Below, piece after piece: positions 1 to 9,101 of a stretch of 41,938 nt of DNA. Below the pieces are notes generated by a model that ran no database searches, was not told where the DNA came from, and saw only the letters and a list, made by a program, of their open reading frames with translations. Position 1 is the stretch's first letter. Each line of letters opens with the position of its first letter. This DNA comes from Candidatus Gottesmanbacteria bacterium RIFCSPHIGHO2_02_FULL_39_14 (GTDB lineage Bacteria; Patescibacteriota; Microgenomatia; 2-02-FULL-39-11). The stretch is from positions 10,327 to 52,264 of the forward strand of contig MFJM01000006.1 in assembly GCA_001779205.1 (NCBI GenBank). The letters are read 5' to 3'. Both the position numbers and the translations under genes were made by a program.

Positions 1-2
1 GG

Positions 3-326
3 AAAAGAATGGGATCGGCAGCCCAACTGGATGTCTGGAAAACAAGAAGAAATGTGGCAGGGTGGCTGGCTAACGGCCGGAGGGAGTTCTGGGATGAATT
101 GGAACATCTGGATGTATTGCCTCCCCATGCGGAATTTTACCATTATGCTCCGGGTAATATTCCGGAAAAATGTGATATCCATACTTTACGGGAACTGGTC
201 CATGCGACCAATGCCGATGTCTGGAAGGAAATAATTCTTTTGGGTATGGCACTGGCGATGGGGATAACTATTTGGCGCGGGTTGACGGCCAAAAGCGAGG
301 AGGAAGAAGGCGGGGGAGGTCATTGA
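3..326 (+). CDS. 3' part of a hypothetical protein with a C-terminal TM helix (probably truncated by the window edge)
   Basis: Frame is open from the window start. Hydrophobic IILLGMALAMGITIW is followed by an acidic/Gly tail. TGA overlaps the next TTG start. Confidence 0.5.
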   Translation, partial: KRMGSAAQLDVWKTRRNVAGWLANGRREFWDELEHLDVLPPHAEFYHYAPGNIPEKCDIHTLRELVHATNADVWKEIILLGMALAMGITIWRGLTAKSEEEEGGGGH

Positions 327-1531
327 GGAGACTGGCCAGCTGGTTTTCCGTTTTGTTTCTTTCCGCAGTAATTTTAACCTACATATCTTTCATTTTAACG
401 GACAATTTTTTTTACTACGAATCTGATTTCCTGCCTTTTTACGTTTCGGCAAAAATCTTCCGGGAAGACTTCCGGAAAATATATGATTTTGAGACGATTC
501 TCTCGTATGAGAAAAAGTTATTTCCGGCACCTTATAAAACAGAAGAAAATTATGCGATTAATCCTTTTATAAATACTCCTTACCTGATTCTTCTCTATCT
601 TCCGTTAAGTTATCTGCCACCACGCTTTGCATTCTTCACCGCGGCGGGATTAATGGCAGTGATACTGGGAATTGACTTATATCTTCTACATCGCCTTTTT
701 GCACCGAAAGAGAAGGCTGTTCTTCCCATTTTGACTGCACTTTCCTTTGCCCCATCTTTTGTGACTATTTTTCAGACACAGAATTCTCTCGTGACATTAC
801 TGATTATTATTGGCTGTTACAGCTTAATAAAAAGGGAAAAGTATTTTCAAACCGGTTTGTTGGCCAGTTTATTACTCTACAAACTGCAAATTGCCGTTGT
901 GGTCTTGGCATTTCTTATGTTATTGAGAAAGGGGAAAATAATTGCCGGTTTTTTATGCGGAGGATTGTTGGTCTTTTTTATTTCGGCTTTAATGCTTGGC
1001 GGGGATATCAATATTTTTATTAAGGCTAATTTATGGTATGTATTGCAATATGAGCAGCAACCGGTTAACAACCTATATATGATTTCCTGGCAGGGATTTA
1101 TTACCCAACTGTATTACCTTTTCAACGGGTTAAAATACGCTACCCTGATGAGGATTTCAGCACTATTTTTAAGCATAATCACAGTGATTTCGGCAGGAAT
1201 AAAAATATTAAAGATCCCAAAAATTGAGAACTTTCTTCCGGAAATATTTTCCCTAATGTGTATAACTATTCTTTTATCCGCCATGCATGTCCAGTCGCAT
1301 GAGGCTGTTTTATTGCTATTCCCGTTTTTTGTTTTTATTTCTAAAGCTGCCAATAAAATGGCGATAATTGTATTCTTGGGCTGGTTAATTTTTTTACTTT
1401 CATTCTTTACACCATTTTATCCGCGGCCGTTATACTTGGCGCCCACGCTATATTTATTTTTAATTTTTAAACTGATATCCGGTTCATTCGGACGAAATCA
1501 GACAGCAAAAGTGAAGAGCGGCAGGCAGTAA
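323..1531 (+). CDS. GT-C membrane glycosyltransferase, GT87/DUF2029-like
   Basis: Multi-TM protein with DFLPFYVSA, PF.NTPY...LYLPLSYLP, Q.Q.S and YKLQ motifs typical of GT87. Start moved to TTG 323, which overlaps the upstream TGA. Confidence 0.75.
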   Translation: MRRLASWFSVLFLSAVILTYISFILTDNFFYYESDFLPFYVSAKIFREDFRKIYDFETILSYEKKLFPAPYKTEENYAINPFINTPYLILLYLPLSYLPPRFAFFTAAGLMAVILGIDLYLLHRLFAPKEKAVLPILTALSFAPSFVTIFQTQNSLVTLLIIIGCYSLIKREKYFQTGLLASLLLYKLQIAVVVLAFLMLLRKGKIIAGFLCGGLLVFFISALMLGGDINIFIKANLWYVLQYEQQPVNNLYMISWQGFITQLYYLFNGLKYATLMRISALFLSIITVISAGIKILKIPKIENFLPEIFSLMCITILLSAMHVQSHEAVLLLFPFFVFISKAANKMAIIVFLGWLIFLLSFFTPFYPRPLYLAPTLYLFLIFKLISGSFGRNQTAKVKSGRQ

Positions 1532-1559
1532 TTGTCGGGGGCGTGAATTAATTTTTTTA

Positions 1560-2993
1560 TTACTTTTTCGCTTTAAACATTTCAAGGATTGGCTTCATAT
1601 AATAGAACTGGCTGGCAGCTCCCATGGCTGTCTGGGCACCGCCAGTTAAGGGAGCAAAGGCTGTACCGGCAGTCATAGGCAGAACAGGTTTGGGATGGAA
1701 CTGTTTTTTGACGGTAGCAATCAGAGTCGGAGCCAGGAAGAGAACTCCCAGACCAAGGAAAGCAGAAAAAGCTCCTTTTCCAGGCATCCAGGTTAAGGGA
1801 GGGGTTAAAAGCTGATCGGCATCCATATCCATCTGGGTAAGGAATTCGGCAAACATCAAAACAGCAACTGTTGTGGGATAGACAACCAGATTGGCTGCGA
1901 TATTTAAGAACCATTGGGAAAAGGCAGACCGACCCGGGATAGCTTCAAAAAGAAGATGAAGAGGTCCCAGGATTAAACCAATCAGAAGCTGGATATAAGA
2001 ATTGAGAAGAAGCAATAAGATTCTGATCATAGTGAAGAGGACTCCCAGGGTAATGATCAGTCCGAAAATCAAATCAGGTGAGAAAGGACCCAGTAAAGTT
2101 CCGATGCTTTTAAAGGCAAAAAATTTCAGCATACCACCGATTAACGTTCCAATTCCGGATATTCCGTGGACGGCCAGATTGGGAAACATGATATTATCCC
2201 AACTGCTGAAACCGGCGCTTACAACGGTCCGAACTAAATCCCAACCACTGGCATTCATATAATAGGTTTGGAATTCGGCAACCCGATCGCCCTGGCCGAT
2301 GCCTTGGGCAACCAGACCAATAATAACAGCCATTGCCAGGTACATCATGTCAACCATAAATCCAACTATGGGATAGGAAAGAGTGATCAGTAAAATGGTA
2401 ACAACGATTCTGGGGATAGCCGCCTGAACGGTAATAATAGTTTTAGGATCGATTTTCATGCGGAAAATGATCATGAAACCGATGACGATCATGACGATGA
2501 TTAAGGCAGAATAAGCGATATTTCTGGTAGCATTCCATAAAGGCAAAAGCGGTTTTAGTCCGGCAAAACCGATACCCTGGGCATAGGCAGGAGCGGCAAG
2601 ACCGGCATTGGCCAGGATATATTGGGTATATGCAAGACCTGAGGCCGGCGGATGCTCATAGATAGTAGCGATCAGATCAGTAACGGTTCCCATAGCTGTG
2701 GCCCGGCCTTTGTTAACGGCACCCATATCGGTGGTATAAGAGAGGATACCGCCTAAAATGGCCCCAACTCTGGTCCTTTCGGCCCGATCGCTAAAGACCG
2801 GAATTTCATCGGGATTATTTTTTTCAATTTCCTGGGCTTGTTCTTCATTTTCTATATAAGTTCCGACATCAAAGGGTTTAAAAAGATCACCTTCTTGTTG
2901 GGCGGAAATTTTATGAGGAGATAAGAGGAATGGGAAGATTAGTAAGGATAAAAAGAAAATTATAGAAATTATTTTTTTGGGCAGACGTGTCAT
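1560..2993 (-). CDS. Multi-pass membrane protein with signal peptide, CPR VirB6/TrbL-like
   Basis: N-terminal signal-like segment. W...RNIAY, GFMIIFRMKIDPKTIITVQAAIPRIVV and ILGPL.LLFEAIPG patterns recur in CPR T4SS-like membrane proteins. Start placed at ATG 2993 to avoid a long overlap. Confidence 0.65.
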   Translation of the reverse strand: MTRLPKKIISIIFFLSLLIFPFLLSPHKISAQQEGDLFKPFDVGTYIENEEQAQEIEKNNPDEIPVFSDRAERTRVGAILGGILSYTTDMGAVNKGRATAMGTVTDLIATIYEHPPASGLAYTQYILANAGLAAPAYAQGIGFAGLKPLLPLWNATRNIAYSALIIVMIVIGFMIIFRMKIDPKTIITVQAAIPRIVVTILLITLSYPIVGFMVDMMYLAMAVIIGLVAQGIGQGDRVAEFQTYYMNASGWDLVRTVVSAGFSSWDNIMFPNLAVHGISGIGTLIGGMLKFFAFKSIGTLLGPFSPDLIFGLIITLGVLFTMIRILLLLLNSYIQLLIGLILGPLHLLFEAIPGRSAFSQWFLNIAANLVVYPTTVAVLMFAEFLTQMDMDADQLLTPPLTWMPGKGAFSAFLGLGVLFLAPTLIATVKKQFHPKPVLPMTAGTAFAPLTGGAQTAMGAASQFYYMKPILEMFKAKK

Positions 2994-3012
2994 TACTTTA
3001 ATTACACTGCTT

Positions 3013-4512
3013 TTAAGGAAGGGTGTCAAGAATCGTAAAGACATGAGTTTGATAGTTCTGATCGATTTGTTCCAATAAGCCTTCATATTTTTTATCGGGA
3101 TTGGATGTTGTGTATTCTTCCAAACAGCGGACGGAAAAAGACGGACGGGACCTGAAATCACAGATTAAATAAATAACTTCTTTGCCTCCTAAAGGGATAA
3201 AGTCTCTATCTGTATTGGCAACTTTGGCATGTTTTTGGTGGTATTTTTTTTCCAGGAAATACCAGACGAGAAAGCTGTTTTTATAATTATCTTCCGGGGT
3301 GACAACGAACACCTGATAGAAATTATCTTTTTTCAATCCCATTTCTTTTTTTCTTTTACTCACGTCGGACATAATTAAATCGGTCAGTTTAGCGTAGGTA
3401 CGGTAGTCGCCGGATACCCAGGGAACTGATTCCCATAAGCCTTTAATAAATAAAAATAACGTTACTACTGCCACCGATACTGTTACCACTTTGAGAAGCA
3501 GAGTTTTGGATTTTAAATTTTCGATTAAAAGGTAGGATACTCCAAGAAAAACAAAGGGAGTAATAATTATAAGATAGTGCAAGTATATATCTTTCTGGGC
3601 AACGGCTGCCAATAAGAGAAAGTAGCCGATACAGCCAATAGGAATAAATAAGCCTTTTATTTTTTTTAAATCGGCCCGTAAAAGCAGTGAAAGCAAAAGC
3701 AGCACGTAAGAGATAAAAAAAATAACAGAATTTAAACGAGAAAAGAACAAAAGCAGGAGAAGTTTTCCCCAATTTAATAAAAAAACTAAAAATACATTAT
3801 TGGAAGAAGTTTCCCGAAGCTTATAAAACAACAGTCTTAAAAACTCGGAAAGCCCATAGAAACGAACCACAGGAAGATAAAAAATTACAGCCAGACAGAA
3901 GGTAAAAATGATGAGGAGAAAAATCTTGCCGATATTTTCTTTACCGAGTCTATAGACGGCTACTACGGTGTATAAAAACAGAAAGGGGATAGATGAGGCA
4001 TGAATGCTAGCGGACACGAGAATGATGAGTATGGTAAGAAAGGCGTAACTGGTGCGTTGGGATTTGTAAAATACAACGAAACTCCAAAAAGAGAACAGAA
4101 AAATCGGAATATTGAGAAATACTGTTTCAATCATACTCCCGGAGATAACCATAATTGCCGATACTGCATAAAATAGCCCGGCCAGAAGTCCTGCTTTGCG
4201 GTTATATAAGAGAGCGCCTATTTGGTAAAGGGCAATAATCCCGAGAAGCTGGATAAAGACGAAGACAGAAAAGATAAAGAATAAATCAGTAGAAATGGAA
4301 GACAAAATTCCGAGAAAATAATAGTAATAGGGCGGATAGGGAAAGCTTACTCCCAGAGCCCAATGTCCAACTAGCGGCAATTCAAGATCGCGGGCAATGT
4401 GTAAACCCATGAGAAGATCCCGGGCACTATCGACAACAAAGACGGGAGGATAGCGGGTTAAACGCAAAACAGCTCCAAGAAGGAGGATGAAGAAAAGTAA
4501 GATATTAGTCAA
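3013..4512 (-). CDS. GT-C (ArnT/PMT-like, GT39/GT83) membrane glycosyltransferase
   Basis: LRL...F..DSARD, PLVG and YPPYYYY motifs with many TM helices. Likely TTG start lies just after the pilin stop. Confidence 0.75.
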   Translation of the reverse strand: MTNILLFFILLLGAVLRLTRYPPVFVVDSARDLLMGLHIARDLELPLVGHWALGVSFPYPPYYYYFLGILSSISTDLFFIFSVFVFIQLLGIIALYQIGALLYNRKAGLLAGLFYAVSAIMVISGSMIETVFLNIPIFLFSFWSFVVFYKSQRTSYAFLTILIILVSASIHASSIPFLFLYTVVAVYRLGKENIGKIFLLIIFTFCLAVIFYLPVVRFYGLSEFLRLLFYKLRETSSNNVFLVFLLNWGKLLLLLFFSRLNSVIFFISYVLLLLSLLLRADLKKIKGLFIPIGCIGYFLLLAAVAQKDIYLHYLIIITPFVFLGVSYLLIENLKSKTLLLKVVTVSVAVVTLFLFIKGLWESVPWVSGDYRTYAKLTDLIMSDVSKRKKEMGLKKDNFYQVFVVTPEDNYKNSFLVWYFLEKKYHQKHAKVANTDRDFIPLGGKEVIYLICDFRSRPSFSVRCLEEYTTSNPDKKYEGLLEQIDQNYQTHVFTILDTLP

Positions 4513-4513
4513 T

Positions 4514-4840
4514 TTAGGGTCCCGGGATGGTGAAGATGGTAAGGGGCACACCAGTATAGAATTCAATTAACCTAAAAATGAGTACGGCCACAGCCATGAG
4601 AGCAATACCCATAACAGCATAGGTCATGGTTTGTTTGGCACTGGTTGCCGCCTTGGGATCACCTCCGGCTGTCAGGTAACGAAAACCGCCAACAACAAGC
4701 ATGACAAAAAGAGCAAGGAGACCGAGACTGATGATAACTGTCAAAATTTGTCTATAAATTCCTTCCAGACATTTGAAGGTAGGAACATCTACATCGCCGA
4801 TGGTTCTGATGCATTCAACTCCAGCCCATTCTTTATACAT
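4514..4840 (-). CDS. VirB2/TrbC-like pilin
   Basis: GGFRYLTAGGDPK...AKQTMTYAVMG between two hydrophobic helices. Confidence 0.8.
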   Translation of the reverse strand: MYKEWAGVECIRTIGDVDVPTFKCLEGIYRQILTVIISLGLLALFVMLVVGGFRYLTAGGDPKAATSAKQTMTYAVMGIALMAVAVLIFRLIEFYTGVPLTIFTIPGP

Positions 4841-4856
4841 GAGGGATACAGGCGCT

Positions 4857-5243
4857 TTATACTCCTGACGGGATTACTAAGTCAAAGATATTGTCGATAC
4901 CGAAGAATTTACCGACGATGATCATTAAAGCCCAGGCAGCAAAAACAATAATCAGACCGATGATAGCAGCCTGAATTCTTTTTTGGGCCGACTCAACAGC
5001 ACTTTTGTCACCACCTGAAGTTATCCATTGAAAACCACCGATAAGGAGATAAATAAAGGCGGCTAAAGTAGCTATGACTAAGATGGCACCGATAAGACCG
5101 CTAATTAACTTTCCAAGATTGGTTACTCTAAGATTGGGTGGGGTAGGGATGGTAAAAGTAATGCCGTTGGCAAGGACCGGTGAGTTAAAACTTAAAAATA
5201 CAAAGGGAGTAAATAAAGCAGTTAATTTTTTAAATATAGCCAT
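4857..5243 (-). CDS. VirB2/TrbC-like pilin with signal peptide
   Basis: GGFQWITSGGDKSAVESAQKRIQAAIIGLIIV. Confidence 0.8.
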   Translation of the reverse strand: MAIFKKLTALFTPFVFLSFNSPVLANGITFTIPTPPNLRVTNLGKLISGLIGAILVIATLAAFIYLLIGGFQWITSGGDKSAVESAQKRIQAAIIGLIIVFAAWALMIIVGKFFGIDNIFDLVIPSGV

Positions 5244-5251
5244 TTTATAGT

Positions 5252-5281
5252 ATTATGGACATAGTTTAGAATGGTTGTCAA
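5252..5281 (-). promoter_or_regulatory. sigma70-type promoter for the pilin operon
   Basis: TTGACA-N18-CATAAT, 8 nt before ATG 5243. Confidence 0.55.
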
Positions 5282-5283
5282 GT

Positions 5284-5631
5284 ATGGGAAATAAAGTAAT
5301 TAATGCGAGGAGAATAAATCTTAAAGAAATTTTACTAATAATTATAGTTTTGTCTTTATTTATAAACCTGATTAAGTCATGGATAAAATTGGGAGAGCGG
5401 TTAGAAATAATTAAAGAATCAAAAATAAAAGTAATTGAGGAACAAAAAAAACAGGAGGATTTAGAAAGGAAGCTGGCTCAAGCGGCGAGCCGCGAGTTTA
5501 TTGAGAAACAGGCCAGGGAAAAACTTAATATGGCTAAAGAGGGAGAGCTAATAATACTTTTACCATCGCCGGTTCTTTCTGCCAGTCCGACACCGGAACC
5601 CTCCGATACATCAGCCAATTGGCAAAAGTGA
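5284..5631 (+). CDS. ftsB: Septum formation initiator FtsB/DivIC family (possibly truncated by TGA 5629-5631)
   Basis: TM helix, coiled coil, then FIEKQAREKLNMAKEGE. Confidence 0.75.
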   Translation: MGNKVINARRINLKEILLIIIVLSLFINLIKSWIKLGERLEIIKESKIKVIEEQKKQEDLERKLAQAASREFIEKQAREKLNMAKEGELIILLPSPVLSASPTPEPSDTSANWQK

Positions 5632-5650
5632 ATGAGACTGTTTTGGTAAT

Positions 5651-5744
5651 TGTGCCAGGGGAGAGGATCCCGAAGATCACTTCCCGTTCGCGAGGTCTAC
5701 GTCCTCGCCTCACGGTGTCGTGTCTACGGGGCAGGTCGAACTCT
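5651..5744 (-). repeat. Duplicated tRNA 3' part (T-arm plus acceptor strand) interrupted by a 66-nt hairpin insert
   Basis: tgtgccaggggagaggatc at 5651-5669 equals 5744-5762. tcgaactct occurs at 5736-5744. The insert at 5670-5735 folds back on itself. Confidence 0.85.
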
Positions 5745-5745
5745 G

Positions 5746-5817
5746 TGCCAGGGGAGAGGATCGAACTCTCGGCCGCCACGTTATGAATGTGGTGCTCTAC
5801 CACTGAGCTACCCTGGC
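5746..5817 (-). tRNA. tRNA with CAT anticodon (elongator Met more likely than Ile2); CCA not encoded
   Basis: GCCAGGG/CCCTGGC acceptor stem, TAGCTCAGTGGTAGAGC D-arm, TTCATAA loop, GAGAG-TTCGATC-CTCTC T-arm. Confidence 0.92.
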
Positions 5818-5884
5818 AAGCTTTTTGATTTTAACATAACTCAAGAACAGCCACAACGGAAGCTATATTTGATATAATTTATAG

Positions 5885-6217
5885 ATGATGATTGATCTAT
5901 TTAAAAAAAGATGCGTTCCCTGCGAAGGCGGAATGCCACCTGTAACTCCCGAGAAAGTTAAGGAATTACTTTCTCAAGTACCCCAGTGGAGAATGGAAGA
6001 GGGGAAAGTGGTAAGGCGGTTTAAATTCAAGAATTTCAAAGAAGCAATAAATTTTGTTAACAAGGTAGCTGATTTAGCTGAAGAGGAAGATCATCATCCC
6101 AATATTTCAATTTACGGCTGGAACAAGGTGAAATTGACTTTTTTCACTCATGCCATTAAAGGACTATCAGAAAACGACTTCATCATGGCCGCTAAGGTTA
6201 ATCAGATAACCTTGTAA
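5885..6217 (+). CDS. phhB: Pterin-4a-carbinolamine dehydratase
   Basis: CVPCEGG, F.FKNF.EAI.FVNKVA.LAEEEDHHP and THAI.GLSENDFIMAAK motifs. Confidence 0.92.
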   Translation: MMIDLFKKRCVPCEGGMPPVTPEKVKELLSQVPQWRMEEGKVVRRFKFKNFKEAINFVNKVADLAEEEDHHPNISIYGWNKVKLTFFTHAIKGLSENDFIMAAKVNQITL

Positions 6218-6253
6218 GCGAAGCTAATTTCAGTTATAATTACTTCTTGTCAC

Positions 6254-6326
6254 CGCGGAGTAGTGTACAGTTGCACAGGAGGCTCATAATCTCCTAGGCT
6301 AGGTGCGACTCCTAGCTCCGCAACCA
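6254..6326 (+). tRNA. Initiator-type tRNA-fMet (CAT), atypical
   Basis: CGCGGAG/CTCCGCA acceptor with C1:A72 mismatch, CTCATAA loop and encoded ACCA end. Confidence 0.88.
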
Positions 6327-6334
6327 GGGTATTA

Positions 6335-6372
6335 AAGAAAAAAAGCTCCTCACTCGAGGAGCTTTTTTTCTT
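6335..6372. terminator. Bidirectional intrinsic terminator after tRNA-fMet
   Basis: aagaaaaaaagctcctc-actc-gaggagctttttttctt is a perfect inverted repeat. Confidence 0.85.
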
Positions 6373-6452
6373 CCACCCTGGCCAGGCTGATATGAAGCAC
6401 GCAAGTGCTGAATATAATAGCCTGGCATCACCTTTTGGGATATCATGGTAGT

Positions 6453-6728
6453 ATGTTCCACTATCTTTATATTCTCCAAAGTATTAAAGACAAGAAATTT
6501 TATACCGGAATTACCATTGATTTAAAACAAAGGTTAAAGGAGCATAATTCCGGTGAGAATACCTCGACATCTTATCGTCGACCATTCAAACTAATTTATT
6601 ATGAAGCCTATCTTCTCAAAAAAGACGCAGAAGCACGAGAATGGTATTTGAAGACGAGTATGGGAAAAAGAGTAATGAAGAAACAATTAAGGTATTACTT
6701 AGAATCAATTACGACAATTAAGATATGA
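6453..6728 (+). CDS. Small GIY-YIG nuclease
   Basis: YLYILQS..DKKFYTGIT.DLKQRLKEHNSG...T..RRPFKLIYYEAY....A.ARE..LK. ATG 6453 preferred as start. Confidence 0.9.
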   Translation: MFHYLYILQSIKDKKFYTGITIDLKQRLKEHNSGENTSTSYRRPFKLIYYEAYLLKKDAEAREWYLKTSMGKRVMKKQLRYYLESITTIKI

Positions 6729-7228
6729 GAATTAGAAAAGGTTAACTAAATGATATACAAAAGCTTGTATTTTTAGACCGTGCTGCTTACGGTGAGTATG
6801 GTGCAAACGAAGAATACTTTAAACAAAAGTTAACGTCTCCCAATACTCACGTATTAATTATTGAAAAAAGGAGTAAAGTTTCCGGTTTTACTGTTTTTTA
6901 ATTTATGGAACCACATCAAACACCAGAAAATTTCTCTGATTTACAATTAATGAAACCGATGAAAGGAAAATGGATGCATATCATTGCTTTTACAACAGAG
7001 ACTAATTATAAAGACATCCACGCAGATACCCGGCTTCTAAAAGCTGCTGAGAATTTAGCAAGAGAATTGAGATCTACTGTTTTTTGTGTTCCCTTAAGTA
7101 AAAATCATCCATATCCGGCTGCTTTTAATTTTTTTGAAGGAAATGGATATCAAAAAGTAGGTACAATTCAATGGTTGGCAAACTCTAACGAAAAAATTGA
7201 TTGCTACTTTTATAGCAAATCAGTATAG
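6725..7228 (+). pseudogene. GNAT-like acetyltransferase with two in-frame TAA stops
   Basis: ATG 6725 overlaps the GIY-YIG TGA and reads MRIRKG*LNDIQKLVFLD...VSGFTVF*FMEPH...AFNFFEGNGYQKVG in one frame. Stops are at 6743-6745 and 6899-6901. Confidence 0.7.
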
Positions 7229-7235
7229 AAAACAG

Positions 7236-7263
7236 GTTCTTATTTCTTCTAAGCCCCGCAACA
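7236..7263 (+). repeat. tRNA-3'-end-like repeat R1
   Basis: gttcttatttcttctaagccccgcaaca is 27/28 identical to 9962-9989. Its end resembles the tRNA-fMet end tagctccgcaac. Confidence 0.85.
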
Positions 7264-7269
7264 AAAATA

Positions 7270-7297
7270 AAAATAGCGTCTTACAAGGCGCTATTTT
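7270..7297. terminator. Hairpin terminator, near-identical to the one at 9054
   Basis: aaaatagcgtcttacaaggcgctatttt. Confidence 0.75.
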
Positions 7298-7336
7298 GGT
7301 AATTATAATCAAAAATTGATATACTTATATCATTAA

Positions 7337-8989
7337 ATGGAAGAAGGTTTTAAGCCGAACGATCAGAGTTATTTACTTCTTCAGGTAAATGACCTCGTAC
7401 CACTTCTGTCCGGATATGAGCAAAATACGATAGAAGTATTGCTCCAAAAAGCCAATTCGTGGCTTGCTTTGGATTCGCATAACTGGCGTAGTCCTGGTGA
7501 AAGGCGTCTGACTTCCCAATTTATGACACAACATTTTGCACAACGTTACCCACCGTAGGATGGGGTAGCCAAACAGAAATTGATAGATAAGTTATCATCG
7601 CCTTCGAGTCTGGATGAATTATTCTGGGAAGGGATTGACATTGATGCTGCGAATAATGCCGTTGATGAATTTAATGCACAGTTACCAAAAACCAAAAAGA
7701 AGTCAGGTCCGATAGAATTTGAGGAATTGGAAATACCTGCTTTTGTTCCAGAGAAAGCAGATACAGTAACATTTTATATCCATGCCTTACCCATTCACCC
7801 CGATCTGATTGAAGCTGAATATTATGCGCCTGAATTCCCCAAAAATCTAATTAACAAAAACGTCTTATTCTACTTACTGTTCCATTCAAAAGATATTTTG
7901 GATCAGCTACCCAATTTGAAGATGGTTACAGACTATTTTTGGTCTCGTTTTCCCGGATATATTGCTTATCAAGGCGAGATTGACAGAAATATTCCGGCAA
8001 GCATCAAGGGAGAGCAAATAAGATCAGAATACCGACGTATCCGCACCGATACATCTGAAATTTATAACCGTTTGGGCAAAATAGATGGCTTAATTTTGCA
8101 AGACAGAACTGATGATGGAGTTCGCGAGATGGTTATGCGTCTATCAGCTTCGGCAGAAGAAGGTGAAGAGTGGTTAAGGATTGCGGGAACCACTTTATTT
8201 AGTCTTGTGCTCAATTCTTCTGAAATCGATAGGTTTTTTAAAGATCCCGAAGTTAAGAATCGGGAATATCTAGCTTGGAAGAAGATTTCTTCCGATCAAC
8301 TGAAAGTGATCGTTGCAACCAATCGGTTATTGCGGACGATTGATGCTAAAAATCCTAGTGATATGCTCACACCGGAGGAATTGAAGTCTCTGACTGATTT
8401 CATCCCCTATATCGGCTATTTGTTCGATGAAAGTGATGAACGGGAAATAATGGAGGCAACGGGTTTGCTGACGAACCTTTTTACCGGCCAGAATATTGAC
8501 AAGCGGTCGGAAATTGCAGCAATACTCTTCCAAAAATTGACGGCAGCAAGAAATAAATACTGTCAACAAGGGAGGCTTCGCAGCCAAATTCCTGGTGCTG
8601 AAAACGAAGTTGTTCCCTTATCTCCCGAAGATGTTCTTTATCAGAAAATACTTAATTTGATAAAACAATATCCTCAGAAAATCGGCTTACTCAAAAGTGC
8701 TGATTATGACTTATGGAGAATTGGCAATACCGTTGAGTTTATAAATGAAATATTGGTAATCGAGCTGCCCGGATCCTCTCCAGGGCTAAAACCGGTCATT
8801 GATCGTATGGCAGCCTTATCTAAGGAAGAACTGTCGAAATTCAAGCCTAAGGAATATGTTGAAGACCCGGAGATCGTCCAATTGGAAATCGCCTTTTCAA
8901 ATCCTCCAGGTTCCATTTCGAATTTTATTGGATCAATCCCGACATCTCAAGCTTGGGCGGTTTTTGCCGAAGCAAATAAGGAAAAGTAA
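7337..8989 (+). pseudogene. ~550-aa hypothetical protein split by one in-frame TAG
   Basis: ORFs 7337-7558 and 7580-8989 share a frame. Only TAG 7556-7558 interrupts it (RYPP*DGVAKQKLIDKL). Confidence 0.65.
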
Positions 8990-9021
8990 TCCACAGATAA
9001 CGCCCATTCTGGATAAAATAC

Positions 9022-9049
9022 GTTCTAATTTATTCCAATCCCCTGAACA
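9022..9049 (+). repeat. tRNA-3'-end-like repeat R2 (degenerate)
   Basis: gttctaatttattccaatcccctgaaca matches R1 at 22/28 and is followed by the same hairpin. Confidence 0.75.
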
Positions 9050-9053
9050 AGAT

Positions 9054-9082
9054 AAATAGCGTCTTCCAAGGCGCTATTTTTT
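9054..9082. terminator. Bidirectional hairpin terminator between convergent genes
   Basis: aaatagcgtcttccaaggcgctatttttt. Confidence 0.75.
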
Positions 9083-9101
9083 ATCATTTTGGGGGAGATA
9101 T

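Noticed and set aside
31-252. Alternative ORFs 31-234 (+) and 70-252 (-)
   Set aside because: They overlap the more plausible frame ending at 326 and have no recognisable features.
5534-5877. ORFs 5650-5877 (+) and 5534-5803 (-) with a repeated CQGRGS peptide
   Set aside because: They are translations of the tRNA and its duplicated 3' part.
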